The notes below the pieces were generated by a model that worked only from the letters and a program-made list of their open reading frames with translations, did not search any database and was not told the DNA's origin. From Candidatus Omnitrophota bacterium (GTDB lineage Bacteria; Omnitrophota; Gorgyraeia; 1-14-0-20-64-10): 64,000 nucleotides of DNA. Made by a program: the position numbers and the translations under genes. Below are positions 9,632 to 17,928 of this stretch, piece by piece (the first letter of the stretch is position 1; each line of letters opens with the position of its first letter). Location: the NCBI GenBank assembly GCA_030651065.1, contig JAUSCU010000077.1, forward strand, positions 13,362-77,361, written 5' to 3'.

Positions 9632-10060
9632 TTAGAACCCGTACACCGGCCGCAGCTGCTCCGGCGTGGGTAACTGGATGTAATGCTCCCCCTTGGGGCC
9701 GACATACTCGCTCCCCTCGCGCCGCAGAGTGACCGGTGTGATGGAACCGTTGCTGTTGGTCACGTTGATCAGCACCGTGTTGGCGGCCTGAATCGCCTGA
9801 GCGTTCTGCGCCTGCAATTGTGACTTGTCCTGTTCGTTCCCTACCACATAACCTCCACCCGCCCCGAGCGCTCCTCCAATGGCCGCCCCCTCCGCTGTGT
9901 GACCGGACTGGTGCCCGATGATCGCGCCCAGGCCCGCCCCGAGCAACCCCCCCAGCAAAGCCCCTTGAGGCGCCCGGTTAGAGGCCCCCGTGCCGGCGCA
10001 GCCCATCAGAGCGGAACCCGCGAGAAAAACCGAAACGATCTGAACCGTGGATTTCTTCAT
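9632..10060 (-). CDS. Lipoprotein, paralog 1, containing a glycine-zipper segment
   Basis: A lipobox-like LMGCAG is present. A Gly-zipper (GGLLGAGLGAIIGHQSGHTAEGAAIGGALGAGGG) follows. The C-terminus VLINVTNSNGSITPVTLRREGSEYVGPKGEHYIQLPTPEQL is shared with the downstream paralog. Confidence 0.5.
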   Translation of the reverse strand: MKKSTVQIVSVFLAGSALMGCAGTGASNRAPQGALLGGLLGAGLGAIIGHQSGHTAEGAAIGGALGAGGGYVVGNEQDKSQLQAQNAQAIQAANTVLINVTNSNGSITPVTLRREGSEYVGPKGEHYIQLPTPEQLRPVYGF

Positions 10061-10085
10061 GGCTTGGTCTTCCCCCTTTCACAGG

Positions 10086-10117
10086 ATTAGACGCGCAGGC
10101 GGGGAAAAAGTGTCGCG
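10086..10117 (-). promoter_or_regulatory. ECF-type promoter-like motif (copy 1) upstream of the lipoprotein, sigma, anti-sigma, efflux run
   Basis: The minus-sense sequence is cgcGACACTTtttccccgcctgcgcGTCTAATcc. It lies about 26 nt upstream of the ATG at 10060 and is nearly identical to the motif at 8684..8716. Confidence 0.35.
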
Positions 10118-10137
10118 GAATTTTAAGGCGGGGTTAT

Positions 10138-10599
10138 TTAAAGAATCGCGCGGAGACCTTCGAGGCCCCATTGCATGATGACGTTGTGGTTCCAGCGGAA
10201 CAGCGGGCGAGCGATGGGGGCAAGCAGGTTCATCCAGGCTTTCGTGGTGCGGACGTTCCAATCGTAGCGGACAAGGGTGACACCGCCAACAGCCTCAAAA
10301 GTCCACCGGCCGGTGCCGGAGAGCTCCCCTTCCGCCGTGGATTCAATGAGGGACATCGGCTCCACGCGGGTGACCTTCATATCAAAGGTAAGCCGGTACG
10401 GCAGCCGGCTTTTCCAGGTGAAGCGGCGGACCGAGCCGATCTGCTCCACCCGTTCCACCCCTTTCCACCAGGAGGGCCACCGGTCGGAATCGTAGATCGC
10501 CTCCCACACTTTTTCAAGCGGGGCTTGAAGGGTCCATCGGGTCACAAACGAATAAGCGGCCATTCTCCGGTCTTCATTATAGAATGGGAACTGTGACAT
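10138..10599 (-). CDS. SRPBCC (START/polyketide-cyclase-like) family protein
   Basis: [30 protein letters not shown] is typical of the SRPBCC ligand-binding fold. The start may be the internal M at about 10563. Confidence 0.55.
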   Translation of the reverse strand: MSQFPFYNEDRRMAAYSFVTRWTLQAPLEKVWEAIYDSDRWPSWWKGVERVEQIGSVRRFTWKSRLPYRLTFDMKVTRVEPMSLIESTAEGELSGTGRWTFEAVGGVTLVRYDWNVRTTKAWMNLLAPIARPLFRWNHNVIMQWGLEGLRAIL

Positions 10600-11147
10600 C
10601 CGACCGGCTTCAAAAAGTCCTGCAAACCATAGACGAAACCAACGCCCAGGATCCCCGCGCTTACGAGCTTCCCTATTCTCAATGGGTGACGGATTGGGTG
10701 AAGCGGCTGGACCCCAACGCCTCTGAGGAGCTCCTGATCGCCGCGCGCGGCCAGCACATCCGGCGCTGGGAACTCCCGCGGGAAAAGTACCCGGACGACC
10801 GGAAAGGATACCTCCTATGGAGGGAGACCCTGAAAGGGTTCCACGCCGGGCAGGTGGGAACGATCATGCGGGAGGCCGGCGCTCTCGGCGAATCAGTGGA
10901 GAAGGTGGCGCGGATCATCCTTAAGAAGAACATCCGGGACCCGGAATCCCAGACGCTGGAAGACGCCCTCTGCCTGGTCTTCCTGGAGCGCCAGTTCGCC
11001 GACCTGAGCAAGAAGGAGCCGGAGGAGAAGATGATCGAGATCCTCCGGAAGAGCTGGCGCAAGATGGGGGAAAAGGGCCGGGCCGAAGCGCTAAAACTTT
11101 CCCTCTCCGGCCCGGAAAAAATCCTGCTTCAAAAAGCCCTCGCTTAG
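10584..11147 (+). CDS. Hypothetical protein (DUF4202-like)
   Basis: This is a 187-aa ORF with coding-like composition. I assign the family from memory only. Confidence 0.35.
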   Translation: MGTVTSDRLQKVLQTIDETNAQDPRAYELPYSQWVTDWVKRLDPNASEELLIAARGQHIRRWELPREKYPDDRKGYLLWRETLKGFHAGQVGTIMREAGALGESVEKVARIILKKNIRDPESQTLEDALCLVFLERQFADLSKKEPEEKMIEILRKSWRKMGEKGRAEALKLSLSGPEKILLQKALA

Positions 11148-11695
11148 CGGGTCCCCGCAACCACTTTAAGAACAATTGTGACGCGCTTCCCAATAGTAGA
11201 GCCGTAAGAGAGTCCGAAGTCCCGGCGGTCGACCGCCGTCTTGGCGATCACCGCAATTCCCTCACCCGCGGCATCGGCAGTCTTTCCGGTGAAACGCACC
11301 CGCTTTGTCACGCCCCGGATCGTAAGGTCCCCTTCCATCTCAAAGGATTCCGGCGTACCGGTAATTTGAACGCTCTTGAAGGACATCTCCGGAAAGGCCG
11401 CCGCGTCAAAGAAATCAGGGCTGAGCAGGTGCTTGTCCCGTTTCCGGATACCGGTCTGGATGGATTCCACTTTGACCGTCCCTTCGACACGGGTCCGCTC
11501 GAACGGTTCCGCCAGCTCGACCCTCCCGTCAAACAGGGTGAACCGGCCCTCCACCGGAAAACCGAAGTTGCTGACGCGAAAACCGATCTCCGATCGGGCT
11601 TTGTCCACCGGATACCTGCCCGGCGCCGAGGAAGCCCCGCGGGCCGGAAGGACAGCCAGGATGACGGTCACCACGAACACCGCCGCGGTGGCCAT
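11144..11695 (-). CDS. YceI-family periplasmic polyisoprenoid-binding protein
   Basis: The signal peptide is MATAAVFVVTVILAVLPARGASSA, and I chose the internal start at M26. YceI-like beta-barrel motifs are present (IDKARSEIGFRV...FDAAAFPEMSFKS). Confidence 0.65.
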   Translation of the reverse strand: MATAAVFVVTVILAVLPARGASSAPGRYPVDKARSEIGFRVSNFGFPVEGRFTLFDGRVELAEPFERTRVEGTVKVESIQTGIRKRDKHLLSPDFFDAAAFPEMSFKSVQITGTPESFEMEGDLTIRGVTKRVRFTGKTADAAGEGIAVIAKTAVDRRDFGLSYGSTIGKRVTIVLKVVAGTR

Positions 11696-11778
11696 GATCC
11701 CTCGCTTAAAGAAAAAGCCTGCCGGCGTTTCCGCCGGCAGGCTCAAAACAACTCTTGGATCAGACAGCAAACGCTGGA

Positions 11779-11946
11779 CTAGCGGTCGCTACCTTTCCGC
11801 TTCGAGAAACAATCCCTGCAGTAAACCGGGCGGTCGCCGCTGGGCTTGAAGGGAATCTCACATTCCTTCTTGCAATCCGCGCAGGTCGCCTTGTGCATTT
11901 CCCGCTGTCCACCTCCGAACCCACCGCCGCCACCTTGAAATCCCAT
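11779..11946 (-). CDS. Small Gly-rich zinc-ribbon protein of 55 aa (CxxC-x17-CxxC)
   Basis: My hand translation gives MGFQGGGGGFGGGQREMHKATCADCKKECEIPFKPSGDRPVYCRDCFSKRKGSDR. The ORF is shorter than the 60-aa cutoff of the ORF track. Confidence 0.45.
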   Translation of the reverse strand: MGFQGGGGGFGGGQREMHKATCADCKKECEIPFKPSGDRPVYCRDCFSKRKGSDR

Positions 11947-12054
11947 GTTTTCTCCTTTGGTTTAAACTGCAACTGTCTAGTATATGCGAAGTTTGTCAAG
12001 ACGTCAATTAAGGAAAGTTACAAGAAAAACCGCCCGGCAAGGTATGCTAGATGA

Positions 12055-13305
12055 ATGCCAAACAATCCGCAAGGCAGCTTTTACGGGCTCGGGATAGCCC
12101 CGGGGCTCCTCCAGGCGCTTGACGCGCTGAAGTTCACGGTTCCCACCCCTATTCAGCACAAGGCGATTCCGATCGCGATCGAGGGCAAGGACATCATCGG
12201 CATCGCGCAGACCGGCACCGGCAAGACGCTGGCGTTCGGGATCCCGATGATCCAGCAGCTCGCCCAGAAGAAGGGCAAAGGACTGGTGCTGGCCCCCACG
12301 CGGGAGCTAGCACTTCAGATCAATGAGGCGCTCGGAAAGCTCCTCCTCACCTTCCGGATGAGAAGCGCGGTGATCATCGGCGGGGAGTCTATGCACCACC
12401 AGGTCCAGGCGCTGAGGAACACCCCCCGCATCCTGATCGCCACCCCCGGCCGCCTGCTGGACCACCTCGAGCACCGCAATACCCGCCTGGACGACGTCGC
12501 CATCCTGGTGCTGGACGAGGCCGACCGGATGCTGGACATGGGCTTCGCGCCGCAGATCGATCAGATCCTCCGGCTCATCCCGAAGGACCGGCAGACGATG
12601 CTCTTCTCGGCCACCATGCCGGCCAGCATCGTGAAGATCGCGGCCGCCCACATGCGGCTGCCGGTCCGTACCGAGATCGCGCCCACCGGGACCACAGCCG
12701 AGCGGGTCTCTCAGGAGTTGTTCGTGGTCAGCAAGGAAAAGAAGGGGCAGCTCCTGAAGGAGCTACTGAAGCGGTACACCGCCTCAGTGCTCTTATTCGT
12801 GCGAACCAAGCGAGGAGCTCAGAGAGTAACGCGGGACTTAAGAGCCGCGGGCCATCCGGCAGCCGAGATCCATGCCAACCGGAGCTTGAGCCAAAGGAAA
12901 GAGGCGCTGGCCGGCTTCAAATCGGGGAAATACCGCATCCTGGTCGCCACCGACATCGCGGCGCGCGGAATTGACGTGACCGGCATTGAGCTGGTAGTCA
13001 ACTTCGATCTGCCCGACGACCCGGAGAACTACGTCCACCGGATCGGGCGCACCGGCCGGGCCGGCCGCGAAGGCCACGCGATCACCTTCGCCACGCCCGA
13101 TCAGGGGAAAGACGTGCAGGGGATCGAGAAGATCATCCGAACTTCCATCCCGGTGGCCCAGCACCCTACCCTTCCGGCGGAGCGCTTCTCCTCATCCTCC
13201 CAGAGCCACGTCCAGCAACAGCAGCGCCACCGCGGGGGCCAGCAACAGCGCCCTTCGTTCGGCGGCACCCGGCACTTCGGCTATCCCCGCCGCCAGCGGC
13301 GGTAG
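12055..13305 (+). CDS. rhlE: DEAD-box ATP-dependent RNA helicase (RhlE/DeaD-like)
   Basis: The Q motif, AQTGTGKT (motif I), DEAD (motif II), SAT, and HRIGRTGRAGREG (motif VI) are all present. The C-terminal tail is rich in Gln, Arg and Gly. Confidence 0.9.
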   Translation: MPNNPQGSFYGLGIAPGLLQALDALKFTVPTPIQHKAIPIAIEGKDIIGIAQTGTGKTLAFGIPMIQQLAQKKGKGLVLAPTRELALQINEALGKLLLTFRMRSAVIIGGESMHHQVQALRNTPRILIATPGRLLDHLEHRNTRLDDVAILVLDEADRMLDMGFAPQIDQILRLIPKDRQTMLFSATMPASIVKIAAAHMRLPVRTEIAPTGTTAERVSQELFVVSKEKKGQLLKELLKRYTASVLLFVRTKRGAQRVTRDLRAAGHPAAEIHANRSLSQRKEALAGFKSGKYRILVATDIAARGIDVTGIELVVNFDLPDDPENYVHRIGRTGRAGREGHAITFATPDQGKDVQGIEKIIRTSIPVAQHPTLPAERFSSSSQSHVQQQQRHRGGQQQRPSFGGTRHFGYPRRQRR

Positions 13306-13328
13306 GATCTCCATCCTCTCGCTCGGAT

Positions 13329-13715
13329 TTAATCGCTGAGAGCGGCGCAGACCAGCGTCAGCACCAGGAACTGCCAGTTGGCGATCACATCCGGTTTCAT
13401 AAGGATGGTCTGTCCGAGAGTCAGCAGGAACATGAGCAGCGCGGTGAGCGTCCATGCCACGCGCGCTTTCTTGCCCGAGAGAATGAGCAGCGCCAAAACC
13501 GGCTCCGCCACTATGATCAGCCAGGCGAGCAAAACATTCAGCGCATGCGGCGACCAGGTCTTATCAAACTCTCCCGCGATCATGCCGACAAAAGCGTCGG
13601 ACCCCATGAAGATCCATTTCGTAAAACCCACGTAAAGCAGCCACAGACCAAAAAAGAACCGCATACCGAACAAAAAGAATTTGCGAGCGTCGTAACTGAA
13701 AAACCCCATACCCAT
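13329..13715 (-). CDS. DoxX-family membrane protein
   Basis: The protein is 128 aa and hydrophobic, with about 4 TM helices. The resemblance is DoxX-like. Confidence 0.5.
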   Translation of the reverse strand: MGMGFFSYDARKFFLFGMRFFFGLWLLYVGFTKWIFMGSDAFVGMIAGEFDKTWSPHALNVLLAWLIIVAEPVLALLILSGKKARVAWTLTALLMFLLTLGQTILMKPDVIANWQFLVLTLVCAALSD

Positions 13716-13722
13716 CTCCCCC

Positions 13723-13914
13723 CTAGGATTCTCTTTCGGCGTTGAAAGCGGTCACCCCGTCGGACTCCACCGTAAGCCGGATAGAAATCGGTTGGCAGCA
13801 GACCTCGCAATCCGTAGTGAAGGATTGGCGGCGGCCGGCGGTGACATCCACCCCAATCGAAATCTCCGCGGAGCAGTACGGGCAAACAAACGAGTATTCA
13901 TCCTCAACCGGCAT
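13723..13914 (-). CDS. CPXCG-motif cysteine-rich zinc-ribbon protein
   Basis: The sequence contains CPYC...CEVCC within 63 aa. Confidence 0.55.
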   Translation of the reverse strand: MPVEDEYSFVCPYCSAEISIGVDVTAGRRQSFTTDCEVCCQPISIRLTVESDGVTAFNAERES

Positions 13915-13988
13915 CGAGGGTGATTATACTCCTCGCCGTTTACACCCGCTGCGATTCCAGGTAGACTAATTTCGCTCTACAGTTCGTT

Positions 13989-14064
13989 TCCCCGGTAGCT
14001 CAGTCGGTAGAGCGGCTGACTGTTAATCAGCATGTCCCAGGTTCGAGTCCTGGCCGGGGAGCCA
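13989..14064 (+). tRNA. tRNA-Asn (anticodon GTT)
   Basis: The acceptor stem is TCCCCGG/CCGGGGA. The D-arm is AGCTCAGTCGGTAGAGC. The anticodon loop is CTGTTAA, with GTT at 14022-14024. The T-arm is GGTTCGAGTCC. G is the discriminator, and CCA is encoded. Confidence 0.9.
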
Positions 14065-15555
14065 ATTTGGACGAAGAAGCCCTTCGGCGAGTATGCCGAA
14101 GGGCTTTCTATATGTAGGGACTACGGTTGCGTCAACGAGGGTGTAGTTCGAGGCCACGAACTTGAGGATGGAGGCCTTGCCTTCGTACTTGGATTTAAGG
14201 TATTGCGGGTATAGGCGGTTAGAGAGTTCGAGGGTTCTAGAGGCGTTCTCGTACCAGTTCGGGTTTACCTTCCCCAGGCCGTTCAGGATGGCCTTGATTT
14301 CCGCGATAGTTGCCCTGTATTCGCCTTCTTTGGCCTTAAACGCCTCTTCATCTAACTCCCTGTCCAAACGGGCGTCATAGAGGCGGGAGAGCCGTTGGCT
14401 TGCCCGTTCCAGTTCTTTTTGCAGAGAGGCGACACGGTTCTCGCGTAGATCCTGGCTCTTGGCGTCGGCTTCCCGCAGGGCATCTTTCAGCCAGTCCACC
14501 GTCCCAGCGTCCAACGTTACCGCCTTGACCGCCGGCTCGAAGAGATGGGCGATTCGGTTCTCAGGGACGTAACCCCAGCCGTCATGCCTCCCCTTTGAAA
14601 ACGTGCAGTGGTAGTAAACAAACCGCTTCTTCTTGATCTCCCCCAGAACCTTGCACCCGCATTTCCCGCAGACAACGAGGTTGTTGAAGGCGAACCCGAG
14701 CCGACTCGCGTGAGGACGCGCCTTGCCATGTAAAGCGGCGTGTGCGTTATCGAAAAGGTCTTTGGTGATGAGGGGGGTATGACTTCCGCTTCGCACCTGT
14801 CCCTGCCAACGGAACACCCCGTAATAAATAGGGTTTTTCAAGAGCCATTCAATCCCGCTTTTTCCAACGCGACGACCTTTCTTGCCCCGAAAACCCTCCT
14901 GGTAAAGCATCTTGGCGATAGTTGCCAAAGAATAGGAGCCGGAGGCCATTAATTGAAACGCTCTGCGGATAAAAGGAGCGCGGTCTTCGTCTACTTCGAT
15001 CAGGTGGGTAATTCGGTTGTTCCTGTAGCCAAGTGGGGCAACAGAAGGGTATAGCCCTTGTTCGGCTTTCTCCATCATCCCCATCTTTGTTTTTCGGGAG
15101 ATGTCGTTCGACATCTTCTTGGCAACCGCAACTTCGATGTCGAACATGAACTCGTCTTCCGAGCCAGAGTTTCGGTCAATGATCTTTCCGGTCCGTGAGA
15201 AATGGATGGTCTTTCCAAAGTCCTTAATGAGGGTGCAGATTTTCAGCTTGTCGAAGTCGTTGCGGGTCATGCGGTCGGTTACGTCAAAGATGATGTGCTT
15301 AACTTCGTCATGCCGTTTGGCGTACTCGACAAGCTGATTGAAAGCGGCGCGTTCGCTTCGCCAAGCCGATTCCGAGACCTTCCAACTTCGGACTATAGAG
15401 AGGTTCTTCCGCTGGGCGTAATCCAGCCCTAACTTTTCCTGGGCATCCAGGGAATAACCTTCTTCTTGGGCGGTGCTTGAAACGCGAACATACAGGACGG
15501 CTTTGGGCGAGCCGTGGTAGCCGTTTGCGGAGGGCTGTGGTTGTTTCCTTGTCAT
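14023..15555 (-). CDS. Large serine recombinase (resolvase-type catalytic domain + recombinase domain + zinc ribbon)
   Basis: AVLYVRVSSTAQ contains the catalytic Ser in the resolvase N-terminal domain. The protein is 510 aa, with a recombinase domain and a C-terminal Cys cluster (CGKCGCKV...HC). Its 3' end overlaps the tRNA-Asn 3' half. Confidence 0.85.
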   Translation of the reverse strand: MTRKQPQPSANGYHGSPKAVLYVRVSSTAQEEGYSLDAQEKLGLDYAQRKNLSIVRSWKVSESAWRSERAAFNQLVEYAKRHDEVKHIIFDVTDRMTRNDFDKLKICTLIKDFGKTIHFSRTGKIIDRNSGSEDEFMFDIEVAVAKKMSNDISRKTKMGMMEKAEQGLYPSVAPLGYRNNRITHLIEVDEDRAPFIRRAFQLMASGSYSLATIAKMLYQEGFRGKKGRRVGKSGIEWLLKNPIYYGVFRWQGQVRSGSHTPLITKDLFDNAHAALHGKARPHASRLGFAFNNLVVCGKCGCKVLGEIKKKRFVYYHCTFSKGRHDGWGYVPENRIAHLFEPAVKAVTLDAGTVDWLKDALREADAKSQDLRENRVASLQKELERASQRLSRLYDARLDRELDEEAFKAKEGEYRATIAEIKAILNGLGKVNPNWYENASRTLELSNRLYPQYLKSKYEGKASILKFVASNYTLVDATVVPTYRKPFGILAEGLLRPNWLPGQDSNLGHAD

Positions 15556-15604
15556 CTGTTTGACTCAGCGTTGAGAGTTGGGCGTCAAAACTTTCACCCT
15601 TTTC

Positions 15605-16693
15605 TCACTGTCCAGACTTCCTTCGATTGTGGTTTTTACAGAGCATCTGGCAATTTTCTTCGGAGGTTTTGCCATCCAAGTGCCAAGGCTTAATATGGTC
15701 AGCTTCCATTTCTTCAAGCTCCCAATGTTTTGTCTTTGGGCATTTCGAGCAGATGCCTTTCTGTTTTTCGTAAGCCTTTTGCTTCTGAGGATCGGTGAAC
15801 GCTCGAATGTTGAGATGCTTTTCCTCGTGTGTCAGAAGATATGGGTAAATCCCCTTCTTGTTCGTTACGTCGTCATCCGCAATCAGCTTCGCCGTCTCCG
15901 CCTCGATTTTTGCCGTGTTGAACTTTTTGTCTTTGAATTCGTTGTAGAGTGCGCCCCATGCGACGCCTTTCATGAATTTTCTTTTCTTCGTGAACGTTGC
16001 GCCAACCCACTCCATCACGTTCTGAAAATAACTCCACAGCGCCTTGGCATCGGCATCCTTTTGGTGCTTGCCCATGTAATCCTCAATCTTGCCACCAGAA
16101 GTCCAATCAATCACCGCTTCTAAATAATCCTGACGTATCGGGGAGCCGTCCATATAGTCCTGCCCGATTTGATACGCGGCGCAACCTGTCTTACTGAAAT
16201 ACCGTTTCGCGTCGGAAACCCATGAACCCGCATAGACGGCGTTTCGCAATTCCTGCTCCGTCAACTTTTCTCCCGCGATGTTGATTGTCCTGAACCAATC
16301 CAACCTCTCGCTGTCCGTGCCTGTGCATTGATAGACCATTAGCTTATAGTTGAGGATTTGCGCCTGCTTGTCGTCGGGCAGATTATGGAAATACAACTGC
16401 TGAAACGAGAAATTGCCCTTCACATACTGGCAAACGGAAATCGTCCGCTGTTGCCCGTCGATCACCTCAAAGTTGCCGTCCTCCCGCACCGCCCAATACA
16501 TTACGTTCAGCGGAAAAGCTTTCGTGACGGTGTTGATGACGGCGTCGCGCTGTTTGTCCTTGTAAATGAACTCCCGCTGATACGGCGGACGAATGTCGAG
16601 GTTACCGCCATAGCCGACAACCCCTTCGAGGCCTTTGTCCTCGTAGCCCTCCGCCAGTTCACGGACGGTTATTTCTTTGAGCGTGATTTGCAT
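15605..16693 (-). CDS. DUF262 (ParB/Srx-like, DGQQR motif) plus a C-terminal HNH endonuclease. The architecture is GmrSD/BrxU-like.
   Basis: FEVIDGQQRTISVCQY is the DUF262 signature. The C-terminus CSKCPK...ADHIKPWHLDGKTSEENCQMLCKNHNRRK is an HNH His-Me finger. The gene is AT-rich. Confidence 0.7.
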   Translation of the reverse strand: MQITLKEITVRELAEGYEDKGLEGVVGYGGNLDIRPPYQREFIYKDKQRDAVINTVTKAFPLNVMYWAVREDGNFEVIDGQQRTISVCQYVKGNFSFQQLYFHNLPDDKQAQILNYKLMVYQCTGTDSERLDWFRTINIAGEKLTEQELRNAVYAGSWVSDAKRYFSKTGCAAYQIGQDYMDGSPIRQDYLEAVIDWTSGGKIEDYMGKHQKDADAKALWSYFQNVMEWVGATFTKKRKFMKGVAWGALYNEFKDKKFNTAKIEAETAKLIADDDVTNKKGIYPYLLTHEEKHLNIRAFTDPQKQKAYEKQKGICSKCPKTKHWELEEMEADHIKPWHLDGKTSEENCQMLCKNHNRRKSGQ

Positions 16694-17703
16694 GTTGCCC
16701 TTTTCCGTTTGATAACGATGCGAACATAAGTTGGTTTGCCATTTATTGTCCCGTCATTATCCTTGATGAGGCCGTGTTCTTTGAATGGCGTGTTATCGTT
16801 CGTGCGAATGTCATTCGCGCTTATTATCTTAAATTGGTCAGGATTGTATTTATCCAAGAACGTAATCGGTACGCCCATCGCGCCGTCATAATCACATGGG
16901 ATTTCTGCGTATTTATCCACGTTTATGGCGTCGTAGTTATCGTATTTTGGATATTCTTTTCGGCTGTATTTCTTGTATAAGATTAAATCTTGGTGGCGTT
17001 TTGCAGTATCCAAATTGGTGAGCCACACAATCCTGCCGCTGCTAAAAAATTTTTGTCCGTTTTCAATTTTTACACGAGATTTGGTTGCGATGTCGTAATG
17101 GTCTTTCACTCCGAACCATTTTGTGCCGTAATTATCCATACCCAGCCATATTTTATTGTCTCTGATGAGCGTGAAAATTTCCTTGTACGTTGTGGCGTTC
17201 TGGTCGCCGATGATGACAAACTGTTTTCCGTATTTCACGAGTTGCGCTACATATTCCCTGAATAAAGAAAACGGGGGATTCGTGACCACGATGTCGGATT
17301 GTTTCAGCAGTTCGATAGATTCCTTGCTACGGAAATCACCGTCGCCTTGCAAATGTTTGAGTCCGATTCGTTCGGGGGTGGGAACCTTGCCGCCTTGTTT
17401 TTCGCCCGCGTATTCCAGATAGACGGCTTTCTCGGAATCGTTCTCGCTGAACAAATCGGCGTTCTGGTTTTTGTAGCAGGTGGTGATGAGTTTTTTCAGT
17501 CCCAGCTCCCCGAACTTATTGGAGAAATAATGGAAAAAATTGCTGACTTTTGGGTCGTCGCAGTTGCAGAGAACGACTTTGCCTTTGAAATGCTTTTTGT
17601 AATGGCTGAGTTCCTTTTCGATGTCGGTGAGTTGAGTGTAAAACTCATCATTTTTCGCTTGCCTTGCCTTGTGCAAATTTGTGTTTAGCGTCTTTTTTGA
17701 CAT
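16669..17703 (-). CDS. N6-adenine DNA methyltransferase (NPPF motif IV)
   Basis: VVTNPPFSLF is a (D/N)PP(F/Y) motif, and the N-terminal DEFYTQ region also fits. The gene overlaps the downstream nuclease gene by 25 nt and is AT-rich. Confidence 0.7.
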   Translation of the reverse strand: MSKKTLNTNLHKARQAKNDEFYTQLTDIEKELSHYKKHFKGKVVLCNCDDPKVSNFFHYFSNKFGELGLKKLITTCYKNQNADLFSENDSEKAVYLEYAGEKQGGKVPTPERIGLKHLQGDGDFRSKESIELLKQSDIVVTNPPFSLFREYVAQLVKYGKQFVIIGDQNATTYKEIFTLIRDNKIWLGMDNYGTKWFGVKDHYDIATKSRVKIENGQKFFSSGRIVWLTNLDTAKRHQDLILYKKYSRKEYPKYDNYDAINVDKYAEIPCDYDGAMGVPITFLDKYNPDQFKIISANDIRTNDNTPFKEHGLIKDNDGTINGKPTYVRIVIKRKRATCKSRSKK

Positions 17704-17708
17704 TTAGT

Positions 17709-17927
17709 TCACCCCAAAAGCCGATCGTACTTGCGGCGCTCGGGCTTGCTGGAGATTAGCTTCTTGATTTGATACTCCTGGATTGGGCTGGGGCTAACGT
17801 GGCGCTTGAGCCAGCGGTTGACGGTGGTGAAGGCAACCCCTAGCTTCTTAGCGAGGATCTGCTGGGTGATCTTGTTTTCGAGGCGGTAATGTTCGAGGCG
17901 GTCTATCATGTCCATAGTGTTTAGCAT
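17709..17927 (-). CDS. Small HTH DNA-binding protein (Xis/XRE-like)
   Basis: I chose the internal start MLNTMDMIDRLEHYRLENKITQQILAKKLGVAFTTVNRWL. The sequence matches a helix-turn-helix pattern. The gene lies immediately downstream of the tyrosine integrase. Confidence 0.45.
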   Translation of the reverse strand: MLNTMDMIDRLEHYRLENKITQQILAKKLGVAFTTVNRWLKRHVSPSPIQEYQIKKLISSKPERRKYDRLLG

Positions 17928-17928
17928 C

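Noticed and set aside
14023-14064. The last ~13 codons of the serine recombinase ORF (…GQDSNLGHAD) as genuine protein sequence
   Set aside because: These codons are read antisense through the tRNA-Asn 3' half. The true C-terminus may be shorter if the ORF simply extends to the first stop. This does not affect the integrase call.
15578-16123. A 181-aa plus-strand ORF in the AT-rich island
   Set aside because: It lies antisense to the DUF262-HNH gene, which has clear domain signatures. Its product is hydrophobic and of low complexity, with no motifs.
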